A stretch of 64,000 nucleotides of DNA, from assembly GCF_009914755.1 (NCBI RefSeq), contig NC_060942.1; one strand, 5' to 3'. Below the pieces are notes generated by a model. The model did no database searches and was not told the DNA's origin. It saw only the letters and a list, made by a program, of their open reading frames with translations. The position numbers and the translations under genes are program-made. Each line of letters starts with the position of its first letter. Position 1 is the first letter of the stretch. Of the stretch, positions 13,710-28,943 are shown in pieces. This DNA comes from the human T2T-CHM13v2.0 reference genome, Homo sapiens.

Positions 13710-14905
13710 TGCATAGTTAATTATACCCATTTTCAGTAGAAGAAACTATCACCAAACAGCAGTCAGACCCTAGAAAAGGATGGCTAAGTTGATAGAGAGG
13801 GAAAAAAAAAAGATTTAAATCTTCATCTAACTCTAGAGTAAAACATTTTGTATGTCACCATCTCACCATCACATTTTTCCTTTAAATAGAATTTCTTCTA
13901 AGTGACAGAGAAGGCTGCTGTTTCTGGACAGTATATTCTTTAATTCTCTGTGGTGGGCATTAACAGTCTTATACTTGTAGCAACATAGATGTGTTTTCTG
14001 AGAAGAAGCCATAGAAACACTAATCCTACCTCCAGGACAAGGCATGACAGAGAAAAACTCAGCACACCCCAGGTGGCTCCTCAGTGTTGACATCATGCGG
14101 GTGTGGGAGCCCCCATGATGGGAATAGCTGGGAGACAGTAAGCACTACCCTCTTTCCCTCCTTAACCTCACCTCCTCCACCTCTACCCATAGTCACGCCC
14201 ACTTCTCTAAAGAGAGAGCAGATGTCCAGTAATAATAATATTGCATAAATATTTGACAGTACAAATATATTTAGAAGGCACAGTAACCCAGGATATGTTT
14301 ATAAACTTAAGATCAGAGTTTCATATTTGACCTCCTACAGAGGAGGGGAGGCCACTCATGGGACACCTTCCTGCTGCAAATGAAATGACAATCATACTGC
14401 AGTTTCAAGATGTCTGTGTTATTTGACGTTTCTTAGAAAAAGAGAAAAGAGTCTACGTGCAGGGAGGATAATCTGGCACTTGTTTTCCAACAAAATATTA
14501 TAATGCAGCAAACGGGTCTCTAATATATATCTAGAAAGTTGTAATATATGATGTGCTTGAGAAGTCAAAAAATATTGTGTGTTTTTTTAATCTTTGTTAA
14601 GTTTCTTTACTATCACTTCTGAGTGAGGCTGTAAGACAGGGTATAGTGAGGGAAATTCTTCAGCTCCTGATTCTCTATACGTCAGGCAGGAACTCTAGAG
14701 AGAAGGGCATTTCAAAAAGCAATAGCTCTAGTAATTCAAGATATTTTACAACCTATTACATAATTATGTCTTCAAATATTTATAAAGACCAGAATCCTTG
14801 CTACGAAATAGATGGCGGAGATGATTTATGACTATCCTTTTACTTCACTGCTGAAGACTAAACAACAATCTTTTGCTGTGGATAGTCACTGTCCATTATC
14901 AATTT

Positions 14906-14932
14906 CACACACACACACTCTCACACACACAC
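14906..14932. repeat. Interrupted (CA)n
   Basis: cacacacacacactctcacacacacac. Confidence 0.8.
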
Positions 14933-15049
14933 TGACATACAAGTTTATCAACTAAGCTGCAAGTAAGTCTAGAAAAGAAAGCAAAGGGAAGAGAAAAGGT
15001 TGTTCTACTTGCTTCTTCCCTGCCAGGTCCATATACTCTTTGAAAATCT

Positions 15050-15460
15050 GTTGTACTACATCAAAGATGGCTGGTGCAGTAGGAAATTAACCTGCATCTC
15101 TTTGGTTCATGTTGTGGAAGGCTGTGGTTCATTCCAGCAAAAATGTTACATCTTGCTGTTATTCCTGCTCTCCTAATCATCTGCCCAGGAATCTGTGCTG
15201 CATAATAACTTTATGTACAAATCAAGACATATGGTGCAGAAAACGAATTACTGTATCAATATTTCACTTTGTTGTCAGTGATGCAATCTTTGTGGCAGTT
15301 CTACAACTGTAGCTTAGTAGCGATGCCAGCATGTGAAATACTGTCAGTGGTGATATGCCCAATTTACAGGGCTTCAACCTATTGCCATGTTTTAGGGAAT
15401 GGTGTTTCTGTTGTGCTTATGAAGTCCTCTAACCTCTAGATGGGTGCTAACTGACCTCTT
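15050..15460 (-). mobile_element. Possible ancient RTE-clade LINE (L4/MamRTE-like) RT relic
   Basis: Frameshifted minus-strand translation gives LEV/EDFI...TI, VF...GIATKLQL*N and F.TICL, in the order of the RTE motifs LExVxxFxYLGS, GIxxxTKLxxY and FHxRCLR. Confidence 0.3.
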
Positions 15461-15699
15461 AAACAGTCATTCTTCATCATGATCAAGCCTAATTAGGAGC
15501 CATATGCTCCCACGGTTTACAAACCATGGATATGCAACTTAATATAAAACCTACTAAAAACACAGGCTCTAAATGAAAATTATTGTTTAACAATGCAAAC
15601 ATATGCCTATAACTCAAAAAAAAGCTGTTGGCATGATTAGAGGGACAGTTGGGATATATATAGGTGGAAAGTGGATGGTGATGATGGTGGTAAGCTGTA

Positions 15700-15935
15700 A
15701 ACATTTACTGGGGACTTACTATAATCTGGATAATGTTCTAATATTTTCTACAAAGATTATCTCATTAAATGTCTAAGATGATCTAAAGATAAGCATTATT
15801 ATGAGCATCTATTTAACAGGTGAAGAGACTAAGGAAAGGGGTTTATATGTCTTGCCCCAAATCTACTGAATTGCAAAGGTGGGATTTAAATACAGTTTTT
15901 CTGAAACTAGAATTGATGTCATTAAGCAATGATAT
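15700..15935 (-). mobile_element. MIR
   Basis: acatttactgggacttactat...ttatctcattaaat...tttaacaggtgaagagactaagg...cttgcccca...gggatttaaatacag. Confidence 0.75.
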
Positions 15936-15989
15936 ATCACTTTCATCTCTACTGAGGTTACATTTTGTAGCAGTATGCCACATCTTATC

Positions 15990-16475
15990 AAATTATCAAA
16001 TTGAAAAAACTTTTTGCAGTTTATCCAATTGAAAAAATGCATAATTAAAATAATTATAATGCACATAAATTTTGATCAAGAAATTCCTTTTGTGGACATT
16101 TAAAAAATATAGATGTGTGTAAATCCTTGCGCATGGTCATAGTAAGAGGCTGGAGACAACATAGAATTCTATCAGTATTTTAGCAGGTAAATAATTATGA
16201 TAAATTAGTATAATAAAATAAGAGACATTCAGAAGATTAAGGTAAATTTATTCTGACAAGGTGAGGTTGCTATATTAATCAGTCAAAAATCAAGATGTAA
16301 AACAATGTTTATTTTATGTGCTTAAAGACAGATGCAAAAAATGCTGAATAAATAAGATCTTTGGATTAGAATTCGGGGTATTAGAGTCAGAATGGGAAGG
16401 AGATGGATTTTCATACCTACTCTGTGTGCTTTTGAGTTTCTTTCACAAGCAAAAGCCAACATAATGAAAATAAAG
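15990..16475 (+). mobile_element. L1ME-type 3' region, highly diverged
   Basis: ttttgatcaagaaattccttttgtggacattt...ctggagacaacatagaattctatcagta...aaataaa. Confidence 0.5.
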
Positions 16476-18059
16476 TACATGTGGTAATAGGTAAATGTGC
16501 AGAAAGGATAGCATGGCAGATATCATGTCCACTCACAGTGAATTATTTTTGCAGGTGTAGACTATACTTCCTCCTCTTGAAATTGTGACGTAGAGGCAAA
16601 CATGGCAGGAGAGCGGATGGTATCATGTAAGAAGAGAGGACAGCAGGGAAATAGTTGATGCTAGTGGTTATAGGACAGCAACCTAGCAAGCTAGCTACGT
16701 TGAGGCCTACCAATGAACCAGTGTTTCATGAGAGAATTTATTATTCATTAATTTTCTGTAACTCTCAGGGCTCTCACCTCTATTTTATTTCAAGGACCGA
16801 CATGCTTCATAATCACCTCAAGTGCAGAAAAATGAAGGAAATTGTCTAACGCGTGACGCCACAGGATAGTGGCTGAGACGGAAGTAAACTGCTGGGTTTC
16901 AGATTTCACATCTGTTTCTTTCTTGCACTGTATTGGGAGAATGCTTCACTTCCTTGAATAGGAAGAGAGAATGGGGAGGGAGATACCAAAGAACATACCA
17001 CAAACAGAAATAAAGCTGTGTGCCAGACATGATGCTATGGCCCAAGTTCCCCATGGAATTTTCTAGGCATAAAACTGCTTTCAACAGAAAACACAACCCC
17101 GGTTAAAGGTGCCCCAGGCTTTTACTCATGCTTGGTTCACTTTGATGGTGCATGAATAAAATGTGCGAATAAGTTTCTGAGTGCACAGAGGCCATCTGCC
17201 ACAATGACAGGTTTCAGCCTTTATTGTTTGAAACTTTCTTAGGCCTTAGCTCAGTGTAATATCAGGAAGGGAGCTTTCAGAAAGGGCCACATGCTTTGAC
17301 TTTTATAATAAGCTTTCCAACCTGGATTGACAAGCTGCCGTTTGTGAATTTTAGGAGATCTGTAACAGGGAAATTATGCGTTAGAAAACAAGATCTGACT
17401 AAAATTGCCTCGTAGGGAAAACTGACTCTGCCTTTTCTCCCATTATCTTCAGCCAAACTGGAAAAGGAAGACTTATCACATGCAGATGTGTCTGCACACC
17501 CACATGTACATGCCATCATTCTGACTTTTTAAAAGGAGAGAAAGAAATAGAAAACCAAGATTTCAGGGGATGTCTAACCTGGAAATTAAAATGCCAGAAA
17601 ATGATGACCTATCTACATGCTGACTTTCCCTTGGTCAAAAATATCTCCTCTGACACTGTTCAGCTTATATAACTTTTCTCTTACATTCATATCGCTCCAT
17701 TGATTGGGGATGTCTTTTATAAAAAACATAATTTTAGATACTGTTTTATTTTAAAATATATAAATGTATACATGCATATAATTTATATAGATGCTGTAAA
17801 TATATAGGTATATAATTCATACATAATTTAACATAATTCATATATATTATATAATTATGTGTGTGTGTGTATAATTATAGTCCTTCTTGTGGAGAGCTTA
17901 ACAGCCATATAAGAGGTGATAATTATAATACAATGCAGTGAGTTGCTAGACTCTGCACATAATATGTCATGGAACTGGAGGAATAATTGATACTGCTTGT
18001 GATCACTGGATGGAACTCTAAAACTATGTCCACATATAATATTTGTAGTTAGAGAAACA

Positions 18060-18300
18060 TCAAGTCTGGAGTCAGACAATCTTTGTTTTTAGTTTCTGCT
18101 ATCTTCTTTCATCACAGAGAAGTTATTAAACTTCTAACCCTCAGTTTTAGTAAATCTGGCATAACAGATACAATAGGTATGGTAATTAACTCTGCATGTA
18201 TGTGCTGTTGAGAGTTATTGCAAACCCGAACATTTTGCTACAACGTGCTGTTGAGGATGGCATTTATATAAATATTTTAAGAAATCTGGTAAATGAGGAA
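18060..18300 (+). mobile_element. MIR
   Basis: tctggagtcagac...aagttattaaacttctaaccctcagtttt...gttgaggat. Confidence 0.55.
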
Positions 18301-18660
18301 TACAGAAAAAAATCACTGTGATTTCTGACACGTTATGAACAGAAAAGAAAGATAAAATTAAATACAAATTTTTAAAAGCTACTCTATTGCTTTTGTTTCT
18401 CCCTGTATTCCTGTTTTATACACCTCCTGCTTCCAGGGTCCAAAGTCAGACTAATAAAATTTGCACTTTCACATACATTATAGGTTAAATAGGCTGGCCT
18501 GGGAATATAGGTAACATTTGTAAAAATATTTCTTGAAGGAAGCGTGATCTAAATTCTAAGCAACAGAAGAGTTTTTTAAAGCAGAAACTGTTGGTCATTC
18601 AGGACTGTCTGCACTTATTTTTTTTTATTATTATTTTAACCATAAAGCCCATTGTGTAGG

Positions 18661-18969
18661 TTTTTGTTTGTTTTGAGACAGGGTCTTGCTCTGTCGCTCA
18701 GGCTGGATTGCAGTGGCCCAATCTCAGCTAACTGCAGCTTCAACCTCCTGGGGCTCAAGGGATCCTCCCACAAGAGCCTCCTGAGTAGCTGGGACTACAG
18801 GCATGCATCAACACACCTGGCTAATTTTTTATGTGTTTTTTGTTTGTTTTGTAGAGATGAGGTTTTGCCATGTTGCCCAGGCTGGTCTCAAACTCCTGGG
18901 CTCAAGTGGTCTGCCTACCTCCGCCTCCCAAAGTGTTGGGATTACATGCATGAGCGACTGCACCTGGTC
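18661..18969 (-). mobile_element. AluJ
   Basis: gagacagggtcttgctctgtc, ctgcagcttcaacctcctggggctcaag, ttgcccaggctggtctcaaactcctgggctcaag are J diagnostics. Confidence 0.95.
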
Positions 18970-19734
18970 CCACTTGGTAGTTTTATTATCTTTGGATACT
19001 TTGACATATTGTAGTATGAACAATATAGTATATAGAATCCTTATCCAGTTCAATCATAATATTTCGTTTCCAGGTACCTCCAATTAGTTGTTTCTCCTTT
19101 CCATCTCACAATATAGAAATATGAAGCTAATTTTTGGAGATTCTTAGGTTAAAATACTCTGTTATTACTTAATTTTACTTAAAAAATCTCATTTGCAGTA
19201 AAATAATTATGAATTTAAAAATATATTTATATAATTTATGATTAATATTTAATGTCTCAATAATATGCTATTATGACTATAAGAACCTTCCTAATATATT
19301 ACTGGTTTTATTGTATTTGATAGAACTGCCAATTTTCAGCTATGTATACACCCACACATATATATGTATATATGATTAGGGAGATAACATTTTTTATTAA
19401 AATTGAGTCTGACAGTGGAAACATTCTGTTTTAATGAAATAATGATCAGAATAGCAGCCACTTCAAGTTAAATCAATATTAAATTCTTCAACAGAATCAG
19501 TTCAGTAACAATTTAAAGTTGCAGAATCTTTCTATGCTGGCAGAAACTAGAGCCATCAGTTATGTCTTATCAGGTAACTTTCTAAATCGTCCAGATCATG
19601 AGCTTAGGTTGAATGCACTTTTCCCCTTAAGTAGCCAAATCACTTCCTATCTGGTTTAATTACCACTGATAATCAATGCATAGCTGCTGCTTTGCTGAAG
19701 AATTTAGAGAAGTTATAAAGAGACAAGGATAGGC

Positions 19735-20045
19735 AAGCACAGGAGGTTTTTATAGTAGCTATACTAACATGATGGATAAATTTCATGATACATTTGACCA
19801 AACACATAGAATGTATACCACCAAGGGTGAATCTGAATGTAAACTATGGTCTTTGGGTGATTATGATGTTTCCATGTAGATTCATTGGTTGTAACAAATG
19901 TATCACTTTGGTAGGGGATATTGATAATGGCAGAGGCTGTGCATGAGTGGGAACAGGAAGTATATAGGAAATTTCTCGTACCTTTCTCTCAAATTTGCTG
20001 TGAACCTAGAAGTGCTCTACAAATAAAGTCTTCAGAAATACAAAA
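19735..20045 (+). mobile_element. L1MC1/L1MC2-like 3' end
   Basis: catagaatgtataccaccaagggtgaatctgaatgtaaactatggtctttgggtgat...gctgtgaacctagaagtgctctacaaataaagtc. Confidence 0.85.
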
Positions 20046-20261
20046 ATAGTAAATTAATTAATAAATAATTTTTAACTGTTTTACTTGGCTATACAAGGGT
20101 TAGGTATTTAATAAGATTATCTGCACTTATTAACTGAGATATTTTTAGAACAATTAGTTTCTGAGTAAAGAGTAGTAATACTTTACCTAGGTGAATGTAG
20201 AAGTGTTTTGAATTTTACAAAGCACTTACATGAAGTTACAGTCATTTCGAAAACTGTTTCT

Positions 20262-20565
<304 letters not shown>

Positions 20566-21269
20566 AATGAATAATAAACACTTTTTTAAGTCTGATCTTG
20601 AAGACTGATGCTAATATAAGGAAAGTTATATATTGAGTCTGTAATTGTGCCTCAGCAAGTTCAGCTTAATAGGTCCTCAGTAAGGTCAGCTTATTAATAT
20701 CGCTCAGGTGTAGATTTATGTTATTCACACTTGTAATTACAAGTATAACTAAAAAACGAAATGCAAATATATGTTAAATTGAGAAGTATTAGTGTTGTCA
20801 ACATTGAATACTCATGTACCTGCCCTGCCTCTCTATCCCTGCAAAAAATCAAATTAAGTAAAAGTAAAATCGGAAATTTATTTGAGAACTTGTGATCACA
20901 TCACATGTCTTAAATACCTGTTTTCTCACCTGCGAACACAGTCAGATAAACACGTCTCTACACAGACATCGGTTTCCTTGGGCCAGAATAGATTTCCCCT
21001 TGGGCTGTGCTTGGAAGTTGAAAACTTGTTCACATGACTTTTTTTCCTAACGTATTTCCTACATTATACACTCTTTGAATTTGTTAAGTTTGCAATGGCA
21101 CATTTTTAGGTAAGTTGTAGAGATCTGCTAGGCTGTTTTCCACTGTGCTCCCCTACTTTCGTCTTTCAATCTACCATTCTCATTGCTTTTTCACAGTTTT
21201 ACAGTTAAGCTTCTTGAAAAGTGTCTGAATTACCTCTGTTGACTGCTGGCAAGTTTTTATTGCTGGTAA

Positions 21270-21557
<288 letters not shown>

Positions 21558-21819
21558 CATAGGGCAGATTTTTGTCCTCGCTGTGCTTGAACTTGTAGAT
21601 CCTTTGGTTTCTCTGAAGACCCCTGACCACTCTTTACTGCACCAAGGTGTCGGGGGCGTTCACTTTCATGTAGGAAAGAGGCTTCTTATTTACGTTACAG
21701 AAAACTAGCATAAGTGAAGAAAGACTTTGGAATGTGGGTATTCATTTTCAGGGGCTCACTAACATTTACAGGATGGTGAAGCAGAAGGAAATATAAGCAG
21801 ACAGAAACAACAGAGGATA

Positions 21820-21940
21820 GTAAGGAAAAAAATAAGGAAAAGGAAGAATTAAGTGAGGAAGGGAAGAAGAAGGGAAGGAAGGAAGGAAAGGAAGGAAAGA
21901 AGGAAGGAAGGAAGGAAGAGAGAGCAAGAGAGAGACAGAT
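21820..21940 (+). repeat. (GGAA)n / GA-rich tract
   Basis: gggaaggaaggaaggaaaggaaggaaagaaggaaggaaggaaggaagagagag. Confidence 0.9.
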
Positions 21941-22189
21941 TAATTCATGGAAGTCACATGAGAATATTCTACCTTGGTTTTTCCTGGGAAGTTAAACTAA
22001 ATAAAAGGATTAGCTTTGGGATGGTGGCTGCAGAACTGATTATAAATGCTTTCTATAGACAGGTGTGGAGGAAAAATGTTGGAGGATTCAATAAGAAGGT
22101 TATTTTTAAGTGGAAGTGATAGGAAATCTAATGGGGTGTTTCAGAAACCCTGGAAGGCTAACTATGAAGAGTTATATTATTAAATAGTT

Positions 22190-22400
22190 GAACAATATTC
22201 AAACTTCCAAGCAGTGAGGGAAATCGAAATTAAAATAGTAATGAAATACCATTTCCACATATCTAATTGGCAACAATTTAAAAAGAACAATATTATTGTG
22301 GAGGATGGCGGCATTATGGTATTATCGTACTGTTGTCATTGGAAATGTAAACTGTTCCATTTTATAAATAGCTCTTCTGTTATACACATTAAAAATGAAT
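22190..22400 (+). mobile_element. Old L1ME-like ORF2/3' fragment; resumes after the L1PA at about 23552-23900
   Basis: agggaaatcgaaattaaaatagtaatgaaataccattt...ggaaatgtaaactg; continues as caacaattccacttctg after the insertion. Confidence 0.6.
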
Positions 22401-22407
22401 TTATTTC

Positions 22408-23587
<1,180 letters not shown>

Positions 23588-23638
23588 TTAATATCAGCAC
23601 ATGTACTTAAGGATCTTTGCATCAACATGTTATTTATA

Positions 23639-23762
23639 AGCTAGTGCAGTGGCACACACCTGTAGGACAGTCAGTTGAGAGGCTGAGGTAAGAGGATTGT
23701 TTGAGCTCAAGAGTTCAAGGCCAGCCTGAGCAACATAGCAAGACCTCCTCTCTAATTAAAGA
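23639..23762 (+). mobile_element. FLAM (free left Alu monomer)
   Basis: gcagtggcacacacctgtag...gaggctgagg...gagttcaaggccagcctgagcaacatagcaagacc; single monomer. Confidence 0.8.
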
Positions 23763-24567
23763 AACATAATTAGAGTCACAAATATATAACCAAATAATAG
23801 TCATCATGATGTTTTAGCTGGATAAATGATGATACATCTAGTGATGATATTCCAAATATAAAAACAAGTAAGGTAATATAAGTTTGTGTCAACATATAAA
23901 ATTAAATGTCTGCATTTATTTATCAAGTAAGAAAGGCTATACAATGAAACTACTTATCAAGTGACATTAGTGCAAATTGTCTATCAAATCATTATAGTAA
24001 TCTCTAAATTTGTTTAAAGTAAATTTTAATTGAATATTTATTTGAGGCAAATCTCTCTAATAATATACTGTCCTTTACTGAGCTACAGTTTAATATATGA
24101 AATACTACTAATTTTTAAATGCTTTGACAGTAAATTGATTGTCATTGGTCACATCAAATGATCTGTTTTAAGATCAATATATACTCTCTCATCTTCTCGT
24201 ATTTTAATTGTAGTAAACCAGTTTTACCCCTTTGAAGACTTGACTCACATATTTTATGTCCATTATCAACCTTATTCAAGATTAATGGGAATGTCCTTCT
24301 GACTTCATATATCACTTATTAAGTGACCACATGGTGAAATGTAAGAGTGCGAACTCTGTTGTGGAGCCACACCTCTACGTTTAAACTGATAAACCCCTCC
24401 CTGCTTCTATTCATGTATTTCATTATACATAAAATGAAAATAATAACAACCTGCTTTTGTAGTTCTCAAATAATGTGATTTAACTTCATTATGAAGACTG
24501 CCTCAGAACAATGGCTGTATCTGCTCTAACTCAATATTATTGCTTGTTCCTGGTGACTATCCATAAT

Positions 24568-25005
24568 TTTTAAATAAATGTATGAGACATAATAGATGTA
24601 CATACTTCTGGGGTACATGTGATATTTTGATACAAGCATACAATGTGCAGTGATGAAATCAGGGCAATTTGGATATCCATCACTTCAAATATTTATCATT
24701 TATTCGTGTTGGGAACACTTCAAATCCACCTCTCTAGTTATTTTGAAATATACAAAAAATAATTGTTAACTACAGATTTCCCTATTGTGCTATGGGATAC
24801 TAGATCTTATTCCTTCTTTCTAAATGTATTTTCATAACTGTGAATAAACCCTTCTTTATACTCCCTTGCCCAATACACTTCTCAGCCTCTAGTAACCATC
24901 ATTCTACTCTCTACCTCCAAGAAACCAGTTTTTTTAGCTTTCACAAATGAGTGAGAGCATGCAATATTTGTCTTTCTGTGCTTGGCTTATTTCACTTAAC
25001 ATTAT
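24568..25005 (-). mobile_element. L1MA (MA4/MA5-like) 3' end
   Basis: ggggtacatgtgatattttgatacaagcatacaatgtg...tctagtaaccatcattctactctctacctcca...ggcttatttcacttaacat. Confidence 0.9.
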
Positions 25006-25546
25006 CCTTAGATTTTAATCATCTAGACCTCTTAAATGGAGAACAGAACTTAAGGACAAGGATTCTCTGTCTCCCATGGCAACCTCCAAATATAGGCAGA
25101 AGTGCCTGCTATGCAGAATAACCTGCAAAACCCCTCACTTGTTCCCCTTTCCTCTTCTGATCATCTCAGAGTTCAGCATGCATTTTCCATTAAGCACCCA
25201 AGCAACAGCAACCCTGAGGAGCACTGACCAATGGTGGGTGCCACCATCCAGGGGCTGCTCACTCTGATACCAGCATTACCGTCAGTCTCAATGGTCTCCA
25301 GACCTTGTGCCTGGACCTGTTCTTCCCAGGGGGATCTTGAGGACCTACGTGGATGTGTGGGTTATGTGAAAGGTTGATTGTCAGGTGCTAAATCTTGAAA
25401 GAGGGGCCAAGTGGCACTGAGTGTGTGAGGGAGAAAGACCAATCAGACCAAAAGTTTAAACATTCTAACTTTTCAGTTGCACTGAAAATCTGTGCTGCAT
25501 AAATCCATAACATAGCAATAAAAAATTTGGAAATTACATTTCCATC

Positions 25547-25569
25547 TATGTATGTATGTATGTTATCTG

Positions 25570-25617
<48 letters not shown>

Positions 25618-25655
25618 CCTATCCATCCATCCAGTCTTTGTGTGTGTGTGTGTGT
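25547..25655. repeat. Compound STR: (TATG)n, (TCTA)n, (TCCA)n, then (TG)n
   Basis: tatgtatgtatg...ctatctatctatct (about 12 units)...atccatccatcc...tgtgtgtg. Confidence 0.95.
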
Positions 25656-26538
25656 AATCTTACATAGTTGCATAAACAATACATATAAAAAGGGGACCAT
25701 TAATTCAAGGTAGCAAAATTTCAAGTAATTTTTATTTTTGTCTTAATAAAATTGAGAACATTTATTTTTTAATGAATTTGGATCACATATATGATAGTAA
25801 AATATAAAGGAGCTGAATGGCTAGTGAGGGGAGTACAGAGATGGAAAGCCCAGTCCCCATTCTGGCCTGAAGAGAATGAAGCTGCCCATCTGCAGATGGA
25901 CCTTGTGGGTTTATGTTGTGAGTGCCTCAAAGGCATAGTTAGAATTTATGAAGCAATTGCTATGTCCAGGCACTGTTGTAAGGGCCTCATGGGCATATTT
26001 GGTCATTTAATTCTTGCAGCATCCCTACTGCTCAGATCAAAGAAGGCTTTATGAGCACCACCTCCTATATCATGAAGAATTGTGCCAAGTTGTGTGCCTA
26101 ACAGAATTGCAAGTGCTACCAAAATATTTTCATAGGAAGTAACAATTAAAAGAAAAAGCAGAAAAGATACTAAACATATTTTTTCAGAATCAAACACTCT
26201 ATACAAATTGGACAGAGAATAAATAGACTTAAAATACCTGTAATTAAAAAGGCAAAGACATAATTTATAATCTACAAATAGGACTCAAAAAGAGAAAAAA
26301 ATCAGTAATCTGATGGAAATAGAAACAAAATTCATAGAAAAAATTGTGTCTCTGGCTTTTGAATTCAGACTGTTCAAATTTTTGTTACACAAAATGCAGA
26401 TTTTACCTTAGTTATTGTAATAAAAATTTTAAATCAAATAAAGTAACAATTTATTAGAATATTTTGAAAGTTAAAACAATCCTCAGTTTTAATGTGTTTT
26501 TTTTTCTTTTCAATTTTGCATTGCCAGAAGCATGGTAA

Positions 26539-26915
<377 letters not shown>

Positions 26916-27440
26916 TAGGTTAAAATTTAAGCCAAAAATAACTAAAACACAGTGATCAAGTATATAAACAAATTAGGCGGATTTAAAATTTTAATTTTAG
27001 TATCAAATTGGCAAATAAAAATAATAGTAATGACTAGATTAATAATGTTTTGCTTGGCTAAATTTTAGTACTGAAATAATTTGATTCTGTATTTTGTAAC
27101 AAGTATGGATATAATACTATTTTTAATGAGTTATGATATATATATTCCAACTATCCCAGATATTCTATGTTGTTTCCTGTTTGTTCTAAAAGAAGTTGTA
27201 GCAGTGAGTTTTAACTTTGGCTTATATTTTTATAATTACTCCCAATTTTATTTAACTCAAGAGTGCATGATATAGTATGTATACTGTGTGAAATTTAAAT
27301 GATTCATTTTTCTTGGAGAAAATATATGCTTATCTATATTTTTTATCTATGTCTATTCTATATCTATATATCTATATTTATGTGGATCTATCATTTATTG
27401 AACAAGAGATCAGAAAAAGGGTAGCACACACATATTCCCA

Positions 27441-27586
27441 TGTGAAAAACTATACATTGGGTACAATGTAAACTACTCATTTGACAGATGCACTAAAATT
27501 TCAGAATTCACCGCTATGTAATTCATCCATGTAACAAAAATCCACTTGTACCCCAAAAGCTATTGAAATAAATAAAATTAAAAAGA
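27441..27586 (+). mobile_element. L1PB4-like extreme 3' end
   Basis: attgggtacaatgtaaactactc...ttcatccatgtaacaaaaatccacttgtaccccaaaagctattgaaataaa. Confidence 0.8.
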
Positions 27587-27589
27587 ATG

Positions 27590-28480
27590 CATAAATGTGC
27601 TCCATATCCTTGATAAAACTTTCTGACCGACTTGTGGATTTATTAGTTGCTGTTGTTTGTTTGCTTTAAATGTTTACCATTCTGATGAGTGTGGATAGAG
27701 ACCACTTCACACCATCGCAGCTCATGAGGCTGAGTTAACAGTTTTCATCTATTCATTATTTTTTTCAAAGTTGTTTTTTCTGAACTGCTTGTCTAAGTTT
27801 CTGGTATATTTTTGGTGAGGATCTGTCTTTTCTGAAATTGGTGTTTAGCTCTCTATATAGTCTAGATTCAAGCCTTTTGTTGTTAATATGTATTGCAGAT
27901 ACATACCAACATGTGGCTGGATTTTTCACTCTTGGAATTATGATGAACTAAAATTTTAATATAGTCCAATTTATCTATTATTAATTTATGGTTAAAGCCT
28001 TTTATGTGGTGCTTAATTAGTGCTTAAGAAATTCTCTTGATGTTAATTTCATAAATTTTCCTTTGTTAACCACAAGAAGTATGGTTGTAAATTTCACAGT
28101 TAAATTGATTATCTACCTAGAAATGACTTTTGTGAATAATGTAACTTTCTGCTTTCTTTTCCTTTTATCTTCTCCTCTGTTTCTTCCATCTCCTCCTGTT
28201 TCTTCTTCTTTTTCTAATGAATAGAGTTATGCATTCATCAAGCAGCGTTTAGTGAAAACACCCTTATTTTCACATTGTTCTTCAGTGCCACATTTGTAAC
28301 ATATCATAAGACTATGTAATACGTGCCTGTGTCTGGAATCTCCTGTTCCACTTGACCCTTTGTCTATTCTTGTGCTGTTTCCTTAGAGTTTTAATTACTC
28401 TAGATGTATTATAGTCTGTTAACATTTGGTGAAGTGAGATCTGTTTGTTTTCACAATTGGCTTTGTTGTCCTTGGCTAGT
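27590..28480 (-). mobile_element. Old L1ME ORF2/3' region
   Basis: ccattctgatgagtgtg, tgaactgcttgtc, tttaatatagtccaatttatc, ttgtctattcttgtgc are antisense L1M-like. Confidence 0.65.
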
Positions 28481-28908
28481 ATTGGGGGAGATGCCAGTGC
28501 TCCCCCAGTTCTCAGTTTTAAAGTTCTGTAGTGCTTAATAAAATATCGTATTCACAATTTTACAGGCTTAAGGGCAAAATTCCCCTGTACGTCCTTTACT
28601 AACAACTTGGCCGAAAATCTCTATTCGTAACTAAATGGATTAAGTAGCTGTCCAAGTCAGAACTTTTCTCCATATGTTTCTGTTAACAATTAATCTTTAT
28701 GTCAAGTTGGCTTTTGCTTTTACTTGATAATTCCATTAATATTTTGGCAAAGTCATTACCTTTCTTTTATGTTATTAAATGTATTAAGGTTAAGACTTTA
28801 CTGAAACATATATGGTGTTTTTCATTTGTGGTTTTTTATAAATATTGCCTTTTCTAATTTATCGGACAGATTTGTGGGGAGCTATGGTTTGTGAATGGTG
28901 TTTTTTTT

Positions 28909-28943
28909 ATCGCTTCTCAGCCTTTTGGCTAAGATCAAGTGTA
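28909..28943 (+). pseudogene. RNU2: 3'-truncated (tailless) U2 snRNA retropseudogene, U2 nt 1-35
   Basis: atcgcttctcagccttttggctaagatcaagtgta matches the U2 5' end ATCGCTTCTCGGCCTTTTGGCTAAGATCAAGTGTA at 34/35 (one CpG-type change); TSD aatggtgtttttttt (28894-28908) / aatggtgttttattt (28944-28958). Symbol refers to the parent gene family. Confidence 0.95.
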
